Both the position numbers and the translations under genes were made by a program. From Candidatus Woesearchaeota archaeon CG10_big_fil_rev_8_21_14_0_10_33_12 (GTDB lineage Archaea > Nanobdellota > Nanobdellia > Woesearchaeales > CG1-02-33-12): a stretch of 45,416 bases of DNA. The stretch is from NCBI GenBank assembly GCA_002762865.1, contig PCYE01000012.1:879-46294 (forward strand), read 5' to 3'. Under the pieces are notes generated by a model. It was given only the letters and a program-made list of their open reading frames with translations, had not been told where the DNA came from and searched no databases. Shown here in pieces: positions 19,161-27,490 of this stretch. Position 1 is the stretch's first letter. Each line of letters starts with the position of its first letter.

Positions 19161-20747
19161 CTTTTCTTTTTCCTTAATTAAATATAAATCCCTAGGGTCA
19201 TATTTTGGTGGAGGAAGGTGGTCTATAATAGTGTAATGGCTCATGTTGAAATTCTGGATTCTTGATGTAAGAATGTAATCTGCTGTTTTAATATCATCAG
19301 TTATAGTATATGCAAATCTTGGATTTATGTTGGTTAATCTGGTTAGGTTTAAATCATTATATCTTATGAGAGCATCACATCTATAATTGTAATGTAATGG
19401 ATCATCTAAATGTTCTGTATCAATGTATACTTTGGATCCTTGTTCCACATTTATTATTAATTCTGAAGTGAAAGAGAAATATGTGGGGGTATAATCATTT
19501 GGATTTTGCATATTTTTTGCAATTTGCAGAAAATTAAACAAAAACAATAAGCTGATGATAAATAAGAGGATATGGTTACCATATTTTCTGAATAATCTCT
19601 TGCAGATTACATAAATAAAATCATAAAACAAATAAAAATAAATCAAGTAAAACATTGTGACATATCTAAACTCAAAGTGATGGCCTTTGATGTTATAGAA
19701 AAAAAAGAAGAATATATCTGAGAATATAAACATCAAAACCCAAAATTTATTTTTTTTACTAATTATATTATAAATTAAAATAAGGTATAATGCTAATGAT
19801 ATCCATATTGAATTAAACTTATGTAGGAACAAATAATTTTTAAAAGTGCCTTCTCTAATGTTTTTTAAAAAATAATTTGAAATTGATTTCATTGTAAATC
19901 CAAAATCCCTTACTTCAAAATTACCTCCAGCACCCTGATCAATATCAGACATTAATCGGTTACCTCTTAATCCTGTGGATATTGTAAAATATATTAAAAA
20001 ACCAATTAAAAATATTATCCATATTTTTTTTAAGTAAGACCATTTTTCTTTTTTATAAAAATAGTAGTAGAATGTAAGGAAAATCAAAAGTATTGGAATT
20101 ATCAAGTAACTTATATTTTTTGTAAAAAATAAAAGAGAAACCAAAAGTGTAAGTGAGATGTTATTCTTCTTATGGTTTTTATCAAACTCATATAAGTATA
20201 TAAGAAATATTGAAAAAACAAGCATATATGTCAAATCAATATAAAAAGAGAGAAGCGTCTCAAGAAAGAATTTGCTTCCCAGTACAAGTAAAATTAGTGT
20301 AAAAGCCTTGAATGGTTTTTCTATTTTCAAAAGAGTTCTAAATAAGATTATCAAAAGAAACATGTTTATAAAATAATTTGAGAAGTTGAAAGTAAGTGTG
20401 GTAGATGTAAACAAAAGGAAAAAGGGAATTCTACCCAAAATAATCAATTTATCAGCATAGGTAAGTAAAAATAGTTGATAGAAATCTTTAAACTCTAAAT
20501 TCCTTATTTTTTCAGTTAATATTACAGATGAAGTATAATATTCATAATAATGGATTCCAGTGAAGTTAGAAGGCATTCTTTTTATTGCATTAAAATAGAA
20601 AAAAGACAGAAGAATGATTAAAAATATAAGGATTACATAGAAAATGATTATCTTAGAATTTGGTTTTTTAAAATTATATTTTATTTTGTTGGTTTTGTTT
20701 TTCCCTCCTTTTTTGGTTGATTTGTACATAAGGTATAATTTTATCAA
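19155..20747 (-). CDS. Polytopic membrane protein, probable GT-C fold glycosyltransferase
   Basis: About 10 or more hydrophobic segments, FYIDL, FFTKN, EFRY motifs, soluble C-terminus; start may be ATG 20729. Confidence 0.65.
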   Translation of the reverse strand: MIKLYLMYKSTKKGGKNKTNKIKYNFKKPNSKIIIFYVILIFLIILLSFFYFNAIKRMPSNFTGIHYYEYYTSSVILTEKIRNLEFKDFYQLFLLTYADKLIILGRIPFFLLFTSTTLTFNFSNYFINMFLLIILFRTLLKIEKPFKAFTLILLVLGSKFFLETLLSFYIDLTYMLVFSIFLIYLYEFDKNHKKNNISLTLLVSLLFFTKNISYLIIPILLIFLTFYYYFYKKEKWSYLKKIWIIFLIGFLIYFTISTGLRGNRLMSDIDQGAGGNFEVRDFGFTMKSISNYFLKNIREGTFKNYLFLHKFNSIWISLALYLILIYNIISKKNKFWVLMFIFSDIFFFFFYNIKGHHFEFRYVTMFYLIYFYLFYDFIYVICKRLFRKYGNHILLFIISLLFLFNFLQIAKNMQNPNDYTPTYFSFTSELIINVEQGSKVYIDTEHLDDPLHYNYRCDALIRYNDLNLTRLTNINPRFAYTITDDIKTADYILTSRIQNFNMSHYTIIDHLPPPKYDPRDLYLIKEKEKS

Positions 20748-20808
20748 GTAGTATTTAAATTTTATTAATGTTTAGATAAATAATAAAATTTTTATGATTA
20801 ACCATCCT

Positions 20809-20850
20809 AAATACAAAAAGCCCAACTTACAGCTTCGGATATGCATTAAG
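20809..20850 (+). pseudogene. Relic of a DNA ligase 3' segment (IQKSPTYSFGYALR)
   Basis: 34 of 43 aligned columns identical to lig 16573-16615; one gap; several differences at synonymous third positions. Confidence 0.8.
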
Positions 20851-21034
20851 GTAAACTATTTAAACCTTTTGTCCTTAAACAGATTAGGAATTCTCAAAAA
20901 TTAATTTCAGATGGAAATAAGTAAATTTTTCTCAACAAAAATCTTAAAATTATCGCCGGGAGATTTCTAAAATAGAAAGGTTAATAAGCAAGTTTATACA
21001 TTAACGATTAACCAAATTCGAAGAGGTGCATTGG

Positions 21035-21070
21035 ATGGCAAAAAAGAAAGCAGCTAAGAAAAAGAAATAA
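21035..21070 (+). CDS. 11-aa lysine-rich micropeptide MAKKKAAKKKK
   Basis: SD GAGGTG 21023-21028, TATA-like TTTATACA 20993-21000, T-rich tract at about 21095-21120. Confidence 0.55.
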   Translation: MAKKKAAKKKK

Positions 21071-21114
21071 ATTCATAAAATTCAAATAAAATCATTTATT
21101 TTTTTATTTTTATT

Positions 21115-22164
21115 TTATTTTGCAGGCTTTTTTTCCTGTGAAATCTGTAACTCTTTTCTTATGTTTTCAACAAACTTTTCAAAATCCTTATTTTTTATAC
21201 AGGCACCGCAGGCATACTCATGGCCACCACCATAGCCGTCAATTCCAACAAGTGCTTTTTTCAGTATGTTTGAGACTGAAAGATGGTCTGATGAGCGAAG
21301 GCTGCATTTCATCTCACCGCCTTTCTCACGTGCAACTAAAATGAGTTTTTTTGGAAACCTGTAAAGAAGCTCGTTTGACAAGTCACCTGTAAAACTCATT
21401 CTGTTTGAGTAAATGAATAAAATCATTTTATCATCATCAATATTTTTAAGAGCTTTTTTAAGCATGATTTCATATTCTTCTTCTATTTTTTTGAATCTCT
21501 TAATAATGAATCTTGCCTGTGCTGTCTCTCCGTTAAGCAGTTCATAAGGGGTTTTGATTCTTGTCAATATTTTAACGCAGCTTAAAACATCTGATATTTT
21601 TCCCTTGAGAATAAAGGACAATATTCTTACAAGCTCTCCGAGTTTTGTTTCATACAGGGCTTTTTCTGGTTTAGTTATTTTTGCCGGCAGCAAATCAGGA
21701 TATTCTTTTGAGAACTTTGCTGAAAAATCAGGCAGAGACCAGTCAGCAACTGCTCCGCATGCTGCAATCCACAAGTCCTGCTTAACAACCCTATAACAAA
21801 TGCATGATGCAGGCTCTCCAAATCCGTCTTTTCTTGAGTTATAGTATTTTGTTCCGCTGTTCTTGATAATGTTATGATGGTCTATCCATATTATTGGAAC
21901 TTTTACAGCATCAATAAAATCAGGGCTTACCATTGGCTTGTCAACTATAAAAACCTTGTCCGGGCTGTAATCCTCAACAGTTTTTATAAAAATTGGCTTA
22001 AGCTCAGGGCTGCTCTTTACAACAACACCCTTTCCTTCTCTTTTATACCTATAAAGCAAGATAAAAGAGCAAAGCCCGTCAGGGTCATCATCAAAAAAGA
22101 ACAAAGGTCTCTTGCAGCTGTCAAGCTCTTCTCTTATTTCATTGTAGTGTTTTTCTGTAAGCAT
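21115..22164 (-). CDS. DHH-DHHA1 phosphoesterase (RecJ/NrnA-like)
   Basis: DDDPDG, IWIDHH, GAVAD, KCSLRS, GGGHEYACG. Confidence 0.9.
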   Translation of the reverse strand: MLTEKHYNEIREELDSCKRPLFFFDDDPDGLCSFILLYRYKREGKGVVVKSSPELKPIFIKTVEDYSPDKVFIVDKPMVSPDFIDAVKVPIIWIDHHNIIKNSGTKYYNSRKDGFGEPASCICYRVVKQDLWIAACGAVADWSLPDFSAKFSKEYPDLLPAKITKPEKALYETKLGELVRILSFILKGKISDVLSCVKILTRIKTPYELLNGETAQARFIIKRFKKIEEEYEIMLKKALKNIDDDKMILFIYSNRMSFTGDLSNELLYRFPKKLILVAREKGGEMKCSLRSSDHLSVSNILKKALVGIDGYGGGHEYACGACIKNKDFEKFVENIRKELQISQEKKPAK

Positions 22165-22298
22165 ATTAAAAATAAAAAACATCTCTTATTTAAAATTATG
22201 TTTTAGAAATTGTTATTAACCTGATTAATTATCATTTTTTACTAAAAAATGGTAACAAAACAAAAAACTTAAATAGTAGTTGTGTTAAACCAGTTAAC

Positions 22299-22367
22299 AT
22301 GAAACAGCTAAATTCAATATTCAAAAGATTTAATAGGGTTTTCTTAGCTGAAGCTGTTTGTTGTTAG
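22299..22367 (+). CDS. Putative cysK leader peptide MKQLNSIFKRFNRVFLAEAVCC
   Basis: Ends TGT TGT TAG; TATA-like CTTAAATA at 22268-22275; 79 nt upstream of cysteine synthase. Confidence 0.65.
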   Translation: MKQLNSIFKRFNRVFLAEAVCC

Positions 22368-22446
22368 TTCTTGATTCATTGTCTTTAATTTAAATTATTT
22401 TCTTGGCTTTTGTCTAAAAATTTTTAAAATAAATATGAGGTAAAAA

Positions 22447-23346
22447 ATGGAAAATCTAAAAAAAATTGAGCAAGCCTTTGATGTGTTGAGCATTGTAGGA
22501 AAAACTCCTATGATTAAAATAAGAAAAATACATGCAAAGCTCGAGACAACAAACCCAAGCGGAAGTGTAAAAGACCGCATGGCTGATTACATGGTAAAAA
22601 AAGCAGAGCAAAGAGGTGAGCTAAAGAAAGGCAGCAGGATAATTGAGGTTACAAGCGGCAATACTGGAATAGCTTTTTCAATGATCTCAGCAATAAAGGG
22701 CTATAAGTTTACAGCAGTAATGCCAGAGCATATGAGCGTAGAAAGAATAAAGATGATAAAAGCATTTGGGGCTGATGTTGTATTAACCCCAAAAAAGGAG
22801 GATATGAATGGAGCAATTAGGAAATACAATGAGCTTGTGAGGAAATATCCTAATGCATGGCTTCCAAACCAGTTTGAGAATCAGGACAACATAGAGGCTC
22901 ATGAACTTGGATTGGGAAAAGAGATAATAGCTCAGTTCAAGGGCAGGATAGATGCATTTGTTGCAGGAATCGGAACAGGCGGGACTTTGCTTGGTGTTGC
23001 AAGGGCACTTAAAAAAGAATTTCCTAATGCAAAAATAATTGGTGTTGAGCCAGCTGAATCAGCTGTTTTATCAGGAGGGAAACCAGGCATGCATAAGATA
23101 CAGGGAATCGGCGAGGGCTTTATTCCAAAGCTTGTTAAGGACAACATGAATATGATTGATGAGGTTATTGCAATAAAAAGCAGCGATGCTATCAATATGA
23201 GAAAAAAACTTGCAGAAGAGAATGGAATATTTGTTGGAATAAGCTCAGGAGCAAATCTGCTGGCAGCAATTAAAGCAAGGGAAAGATATGAGAATGTGAT
23301 TACTGTCCTGCCAGACAGAGGAGAGAGATATTTAAGTGGAAATTAA
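22447..23346 (+). CDS. cysK: Cysteine synthase (O-acetylserine sulfhydrylase family)
   Basis: KLETTNPSGSVKDR (PLP Lys), TSGNTG, GIGTGGT, HKIQGIG, GISSGA, PDRGERYLS; GAGGT SD. Confidence 0.93.
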   Translation: MENLKKIEQAFDVLSIVGKTPMIKIRKIHAKLETTNPSGSVKDRMADYMVKKAEQRGELKKGSRIIEVTSGNTGIAFSMISAIKGYKFTAVMPEHMSVERIKMIKAFGADVVLTPKKEDMNGAIRKYNELVRKYPNAWLPNQFENQDNIEAHELGLGKEIIAQFKGRIDAFVAGIGTGGTLLGVARALKKEFPNAKIIGVEPAESAVLSGGKPGMHKIQGIGEGFIPKLVKDNMNMIDEVIAIKSSDAINMRKKLAEENGIFVGISSGANLLAAIKARERYENVITVLPDRGERYLSGN

Positions 23347-23909
23347 ATATCTTCTGAAACCATTTTATATAAATTAATTTTTAATTCCTCTTTTTTTATT
23401 ATTTCCAGCTTGGCCTTTGTTGCCGGATGTCCCGGAACAAAAAGGCATTTTTTGTTTTCTGATAATTCATAGGTGTTTATTTTTTTTGCAATATTAATTA
23501 TTTCATTCTTGTCAAAGCATAGCAATGGCCTTAAAACATTTGTTTTTATTGATTCATCAAGAACAGCAAGATTATCTAATGTCTGGGAAGCGACCTGGCC
23601 GAGGTTTTCTCCTGTTACTATGAATTCTGCTTTTTCTTTTTTGGCAAGGTTTTCAGCAATCCTGTACATGACTCTTTTGCACAGCAAACATGTGTATTTT
23701 GGGTTTGTATTGTTTTTTATTTGGGTGAGAATTTCTTTGTGGTTAATATAATGGACTTTTTTTATTCCAAGCTTTTTGGCTATTTTATCAACTGCATTGT
23801 GGTTGTCCATAAAGAAGTTGAGGCCAATCAGTTCAAGGCCCTTCTCTTCCATTAAACAAGCTGCAACAGGGCTGTCTATGCCTGGGCTGAGGAGTATTAT
23901 TGCTTTCAT
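23343..23909 (-). CDS. ThiI-like PP-loop sulfurtransferase catalytic domain (no THUMP domain)
   Basis: LLSPGIDSPVA, CLLCKRVM, TGENLGQVASQTLDNL, LRPLLCFDKNEI, HPATKA. Confidence 0.85.
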   Translation of the reverse strand: MKAIILLSPGIDSPVAACLMEEKGLELIGLNFFMDNHNAVDKIAKKLGIKKVHYINHKEILTQIKNNTNPKYTCLLCKRVMYRIAENLAKKEKAEFIVTGENLGQVASQTLDNLAVLDESIKTNVLRPLLCFDKNEIINIAKKINTYELSENKKCLFVPGHPATKAKLEIIKKEELKINLYKMVSEDI

Positions 23910-23967
23910 GTGTTAGTAGGATATTGGTTAGTATAAAAAGGTTTTGAGAATTAATTAGAATATTAAT

Positions 23968-24007
23968 TATTGTTATTATTAATAAGTAGTTAAAAATAGA
24001 AAGATTT
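23968..24007 (+). repeat. 40-bp promoter-containing direct repeat, copy 1
   Basis: TATTGTTATTATTAATAAGTAGTTAAAAATAGAAAGATTT; 38/40 identical to 25146-25185. Confidence 0.85.
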
Positions 24008-24035
24008 ATATACTAATTAATGATACAAACCATTT

Positions 24036-25043
24036 ATGGGACCAAATCATGAGTATTCTATAAAGGAATTAAAAACACCTTTCGGAAATGGAATAGAAGT
24101 ATCTGAAAAAGGTAGTAGGGATTATTACCAACAAATCAAATCCAATGATGGTTTAATAGCAAGAATATTTTCAACTGAAGAAAATCATAAGAGACTTGGA
24201 AATAAATGTATAAGTGTTATATCCAAATATCCATTTAAAGATAATAAGGAAAATCATTTATTATTTAGGGAATTAACGGGCAAATTAAATAAAATACAAG
24301 ATGAAACAATTAATAGTGGGTCTTGGCCCTTAAAAATATACACAGATCAGGGACTTGAAAAAAAATTAGGTAATGGAACAACTATAAGAATAAATAAAGA
24401 AGACAAAAAAGAATTCCCTAAGGAAGCTTATAATTTTGTAGATGGAGTTGGTTACTTTACAGGGAATGTTGCTCATGCTAGTTCTTTTATGATATATTTA
24501 ACTACACTTGGTCTTTCTATTGGACATTTATTAGCAAACACAACAGTAAGTAATTGGTTATGGCATGCACCACTTTATACGGCAACCACTATCTTTAGTT
24601 TGTTTGGTGAATTAGATTATATGATTACAAAAGAGTGCATTAAAGATATGGGTGATACCAAACCTAGTGTTGGAGTAACATATTGGATAGCTCATACAAT
24701 AGGAGTTAAACTTGCAACAAGTAATTTTGAGGAAAGGTTAAGAAAAAAAGATTATGCTTTAAAAAAATTTTTGTTATCTCATAAATCTGCGAAACGAGCA
24801 ATTAGTGATAATCATATGGGATATGTCTATTTTAAGGATGAGAAATGGGCCGATAGGAGGGAGAAATGGAATCGTGAGCATAGAGATGATGTTTATGAAG
24901 CACTTACAAAGATGTTTGAATTTACGCCATACCAAAGGGGATTTTCAATTACTACTGAACACAAAGATAAAGCAAATGCATTAAGATTCTTAGACTCTCT
25001 TTTAACAGATAAAAAAGAAACTCCTCAAATAAGTCTTACATAA
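24036..25043 (+). CDS. Hypothetical protein with central hydrophobic segments
   Basis: 335-aa ORF, BRE-TATA about 25 nt upstream; no family recognised. Confidence 0.75.
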   Translation: MGPNHEYSIKELKTPFGNGIEVSEKGSRDYYQQIKSNDGLIARIFSTEENHKRLGNKCISVISKYPFKDNKENHLLFRELTGKLNKIQDETINSGSWPLKIYTDQGLEKKLGNGTTIRINKEDKKEFPKEAYNFVDGVGYFTGNVAHASSFMIYLTTLGLSIGHLLANTTVSNWLWHAPLYTATTIFSLFGELDYMITKECIKDMGDTKPSVGVTYWIAHTIGVKLATSNFEERLRKKDYALKKFLLSHKSAKRAISDNHMGYVYFKDEKWADRREKWNREHRDDVYEALTKMFEFTPYQRGFSITTEHKDKANALRFLDSLLTDKKETPQISLT

Positions 25044-25072
25044 TTAATTATTTCTCTTTCTAAAAATTTGAT

Positions 25073-25129
25073 TTATTTTTTCTTTGCAGTCAGTTTATTG
25101 GCTGCAAGGCAGATGCAAAGTAAAATGAA
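25073..25129 (-). pseudogene. Relic 3' end of the 27533..28081 membrane protein gene (FILLCICLAANKLTAKKK*)
   Basis: 45/57 nt and 15/18 aa identical to 27533-27589, stop codon included; 9 of 12 differences are in synonymous codons. Confidence 0.9.
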
Positions 25130-25145
25130 TAAAATAAAAGATTGA

Positions 25146-25185
25146 TATTGTTGTTATCAATAAGTAGTTAAAAATAGAAAGATTT
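25146..25185 (+). repeat. 40-bp promoter-containing direct repeat, copy 2
   Basis: TATTGTTGTTATCAATAAGTAGTTAAAAATAGAAAGATTT. Confidence 0.85.
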
Positions 25186-25212
25186 TTAAAGTGAGTGGTT
25201 TTTCTATATTTT

Positions 25213-25707
25213 ATGAATAAATTATCCTTATTATTAGTGGGTCCAAGATACTCGCACTCTTTAGGTGAAATAGTTAGAACATCTATTGCGGCGGGAGTTG
25301 TAGAAAGAACATACATAGAGGACAGTAGGAAGATATTTCAAGATGATCATGAAAATCAAATACAAAGATTTTCTGCTGGATATAGTGATTTTCGAGAGAT
25401 AGTTCTAATAAAAGATAGCCTGGAATTCTTAGATGTTAATAAAGGCAATTATCGCAGGATTGCAACAGTGATTGGTCCCGCTGCGGAAAATTTGTTTGAA
25501 TTTAAGTATATGGAAAATGATCTTTTGGTTTTAGGAGAGGAAAGAAAAGGATTAGATGACAAAGTCATAGCTGCTTGTGATACAACTTTAACTATTCCTC
25601 AAGTAGTAAATAAATATAAATGCTACACACTTTGCTCTGCAGTAGCAATGTTTCTTTATGAGAAAATGAGGCAAGCTTATGAAGGGATTCCCCATTCAAT
25701 GCAGTGA
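25213..25707 (+). CDS. SPOUT (TrmH/TrmL-like) RNA methyltransferase
   Basis: PRYSHSLGEIVRT, LLVLGEERKGL, TLTIP, TLCSAVAMFLYE. Confidence 0.8.
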   Translation: MNKLSLLLVGPRYSHSLGEIVRTSIAAGVVERTYIEDSRKIFQDDHENQIQRFSAGYSDFREIVLIKDSLEFLDVNKGNYRRIATVIGPAAENLFEFKYMENDLLVLGEERKGLDDKVIAACDTTLTIPQVVNKYKCYTLCSAVAMFLYEKMRQAYEGIPHSMQ

Positions 25708-25964
25708 ATGGTGTCCATTACTTCTTTTTTTGGTGATTCATAAGGTGGTTTGCCAAGAAATTCGTTTGGAGAATAATACCATTCTACATAGTTATCTTCC
25801 TTAATAACTCCTTCCATTGCATCCTTTATATCTTTAGGTATCTGATTAAGAAGTGAATTATATTTATTAAGTACACCCTGTTCAGCTTCTGAAATACAAG
25901 ATCTGGGTTTATCAAGCAGTTTCTTATGTTGTTTTAATATATGTTCAATATCTTCCTTTTCCAT
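25677..25964 (-). CDS. Protein with Xre/MbcA/ParS antitoxin C-terminal-like motif
   Basis: EWYYSPNEFLGKPP...EVMDTIHCIEWG matches the W..PN..LG..P...V...L..IE.G pattern. Confidence 0.6.
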   Translation of the reverse strand: MEKEDIEHILKQHKKLLDKPRSCISEAEQGVLNKYNSLLNQIPKDIKDAMEGVIKEDNYVEWYYSPNEFLGKPPYESPKKEVMDTIHCIEWGIPS

Positions 25965-26022
25965 AATAATAAAATAGATTTAATTATTTATTAATGTTTC
26001 TTTTTTGTGGTTATACAACCAA

Positions 26023-26058
26023 GAGATCAGCACGCCTATGCAGATGAGCCTTGCCAAT
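26023..26058 (-). pseudogene. Possible older relic homologous to the 27533..28081 gene (IGxLICIGVLIS vs IGGLVRIGVLIT)
   Basis: 24/36 aligned columns identical to 27597-27631, with one indel. Confidence 0.4.
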
Positions 26059-26164
26059 TAGAACAAAGGATTAACCTTCCTTTCCAGAAGTATCTACTGA
26101 AGAATAGATAATTTTATAAACTTCTTTATTCCATTATCTTAATTATTAATTGGAGGTAATAAAA

Positions 26165-26491
26165 ATGACTCAGGTGAAATTAGAAGATTTAAAAAAGCAG
26201 GGGATAAACGAAGGATGTCTAGTTGAGATAATACTCAAGGAGGGAGCAAAGCCAAATTTACGGACAACGGCTTTAGTTAGTTACTATGGCCCTGAAGTGG
26301 ATACTGGAAGACCATCAACAGTAAATTATTCTGGATATATTAAGTGTATTAAGATAGAAAAAGATCAAGAAGTGATTGCGTTATTCCATGGATGGGATAA
26401 TCAAAATAAACAAATTCCTCAAGATGCCCGCATAGGGGGTGTTTATATTTACTTAGATGCTATATACTCCTGCGTAAAACCAAAAAAGTAA
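26165..26491 (+). CDS. Hypothetical protein
   Basis: GGAGGT SD before ATG 26165. Confidence 0.7.
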   Translation: MTQVKLEDLKKQGINEGCLVEIILKEGAKPNLRTTALVSYYGPEVDTGRPSTVNYSGYIKCIKIEKDQEVIALFHGWDNQNKQIPQDARIGGVYIYLDAIYSCVKPKK

Positions 26492-26525
26492 ATTTTTGAT
26501 TATTATTTTTTAATTTATATTATGT

Positions 26526-26951
26526 TTAGTCAATCTTTTCTTTAACTATTTCTTTTAGTTTATTAATAAGTTTTAATATATCTTCTAATTTTCTTTGAAT
26601 ATAGGTTTCTTCAACAAAAAATCCATTATAGGATATTTTATTTCTCGTTATTCTTAAACTGTCTATTAAAGATATTTCATAACTATTAAACTGTTTATAG
26701 TTTTCTTCTAAATAACCTATTAATCTTCTGTGGGCTCCTTCACCAAATGTTTTATAGCCATCTAATAAAAGAATAATGGTCATTAGTTCCCTTATAATTT
26801 CATAATATTCCTTAGTTACATTTGATGCAAATTTAGTTATGTCTATCTGCTTAACCATTTCAAGGCTGGTTTCCACCATTTTTAAAATAGATTTTGCCTT
26901 TTCCTTGTTTGGAGTTATCCTGATCAAGTTTTCTTTCATCTTGTTTTTCAA
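26526..26951 (-). CDS. HEPN-domain protein (toxin of a HEPN-MNT pair)
   Basis: Helical protein directly downstream of the MNT; GEGAH and RITRNKISYNG (R-x4-Y in place of R-x4-H). Confidence 0.75.
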   Translation of the reverse strand: MKNKMKENLIRITPNKEKAKSILKMVETSLEMVKQIDITKFASNVTKEYYEIIRELMTIILLLDGYKTFGEGAHRRLIGYLEENYKQFNSYEISLIDSLRITRNKISYNGFFVEETYIQRKLEDILKLINKLKEIVKEKID

Positions 26952-27489
26952 ATTTGCATTTGAGATACCCCACTAACATATCTCCATTGATGATATTTGT
27001 TTTTAATTCCTGGCTCAGATTATCAAAATTGCTTTCAAAGAACAAGCTTACCCTTCTTTTTAACTTTTTCTCGAATTTATCCGGAGATATTTTCTTTTCT
27101 TCGGATTGCAAATATAAATCAACATCGCTTTCTTTGATATCCTCTCCTTTTGAAGCAGAACCAAACAAGATTATTGCATCTGGCATGCACTTTTCATTAA
27201 GATAATCCAAAAGCCCGGATTCTTTTATTTTTCTTTGAATATCAATTTTTTTCAAGAATTTGAAATAATCATTGTCTCTATTTGCATAATAAACCGGGTA
27301 TTTGTGTATTCTATGCTCTTTTTTAACTATAAGCTTCTCTTTTTCAAGTTTTTCTAAATAGAGTTTAACAGATTTTGGAGCTAATTTTATCTTCCTGCTT
27401 ATCTCCCTTAATTGAAATCCTATGCCCTGTGGCAAGGGATCATCAAAAAATACTTCCAAAACCCTATACAGATTATCTTTTCTTAACAT
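26860..27489 (-). CDS. HTH + minimal nucleotidyltransferase (MNT antitoxin)
   Basis: N-terminal LREISRKIKLAPKSVKLYL HTH; ILFGSASKGEDIKESDVDL. Confidence 0.9.
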   Translation of the reverse strand: MLRKDNLYRVLEVFFDDPLPQGIGFQLREISRKIKLAPKSVKLYLEKLEKEKLIVKKEHRIHKYPVYYANRDNDYFKFLKKIDIQRKIKESGLLDYLNEKCMPDAIILFGSASKGEDIKESDVDLYLQSEEKKISPDKFEKKLKRRVSLFFESNFDNLSQELKTNIINGDMLVGYLKCKFEKQDERKLDQDNSKQGKGKIYFKNGGNQP

Positions 27490-27490
27490 A

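Noticed and set aside
20794-20904. 36-codon ORF starting MINHPKYKK
   Set aside because: Overlaps the ligase relic in another frame; no SD or recognisable motif
26042-26100. Box C/D sRNA (AGATGA ... CTGA)
   Set aside because: C box imperfect, C'/D' unconvincing, no target identified; part of it is better explained as a coding relic on the other strand. Not fully excluded without a snoscan-type search
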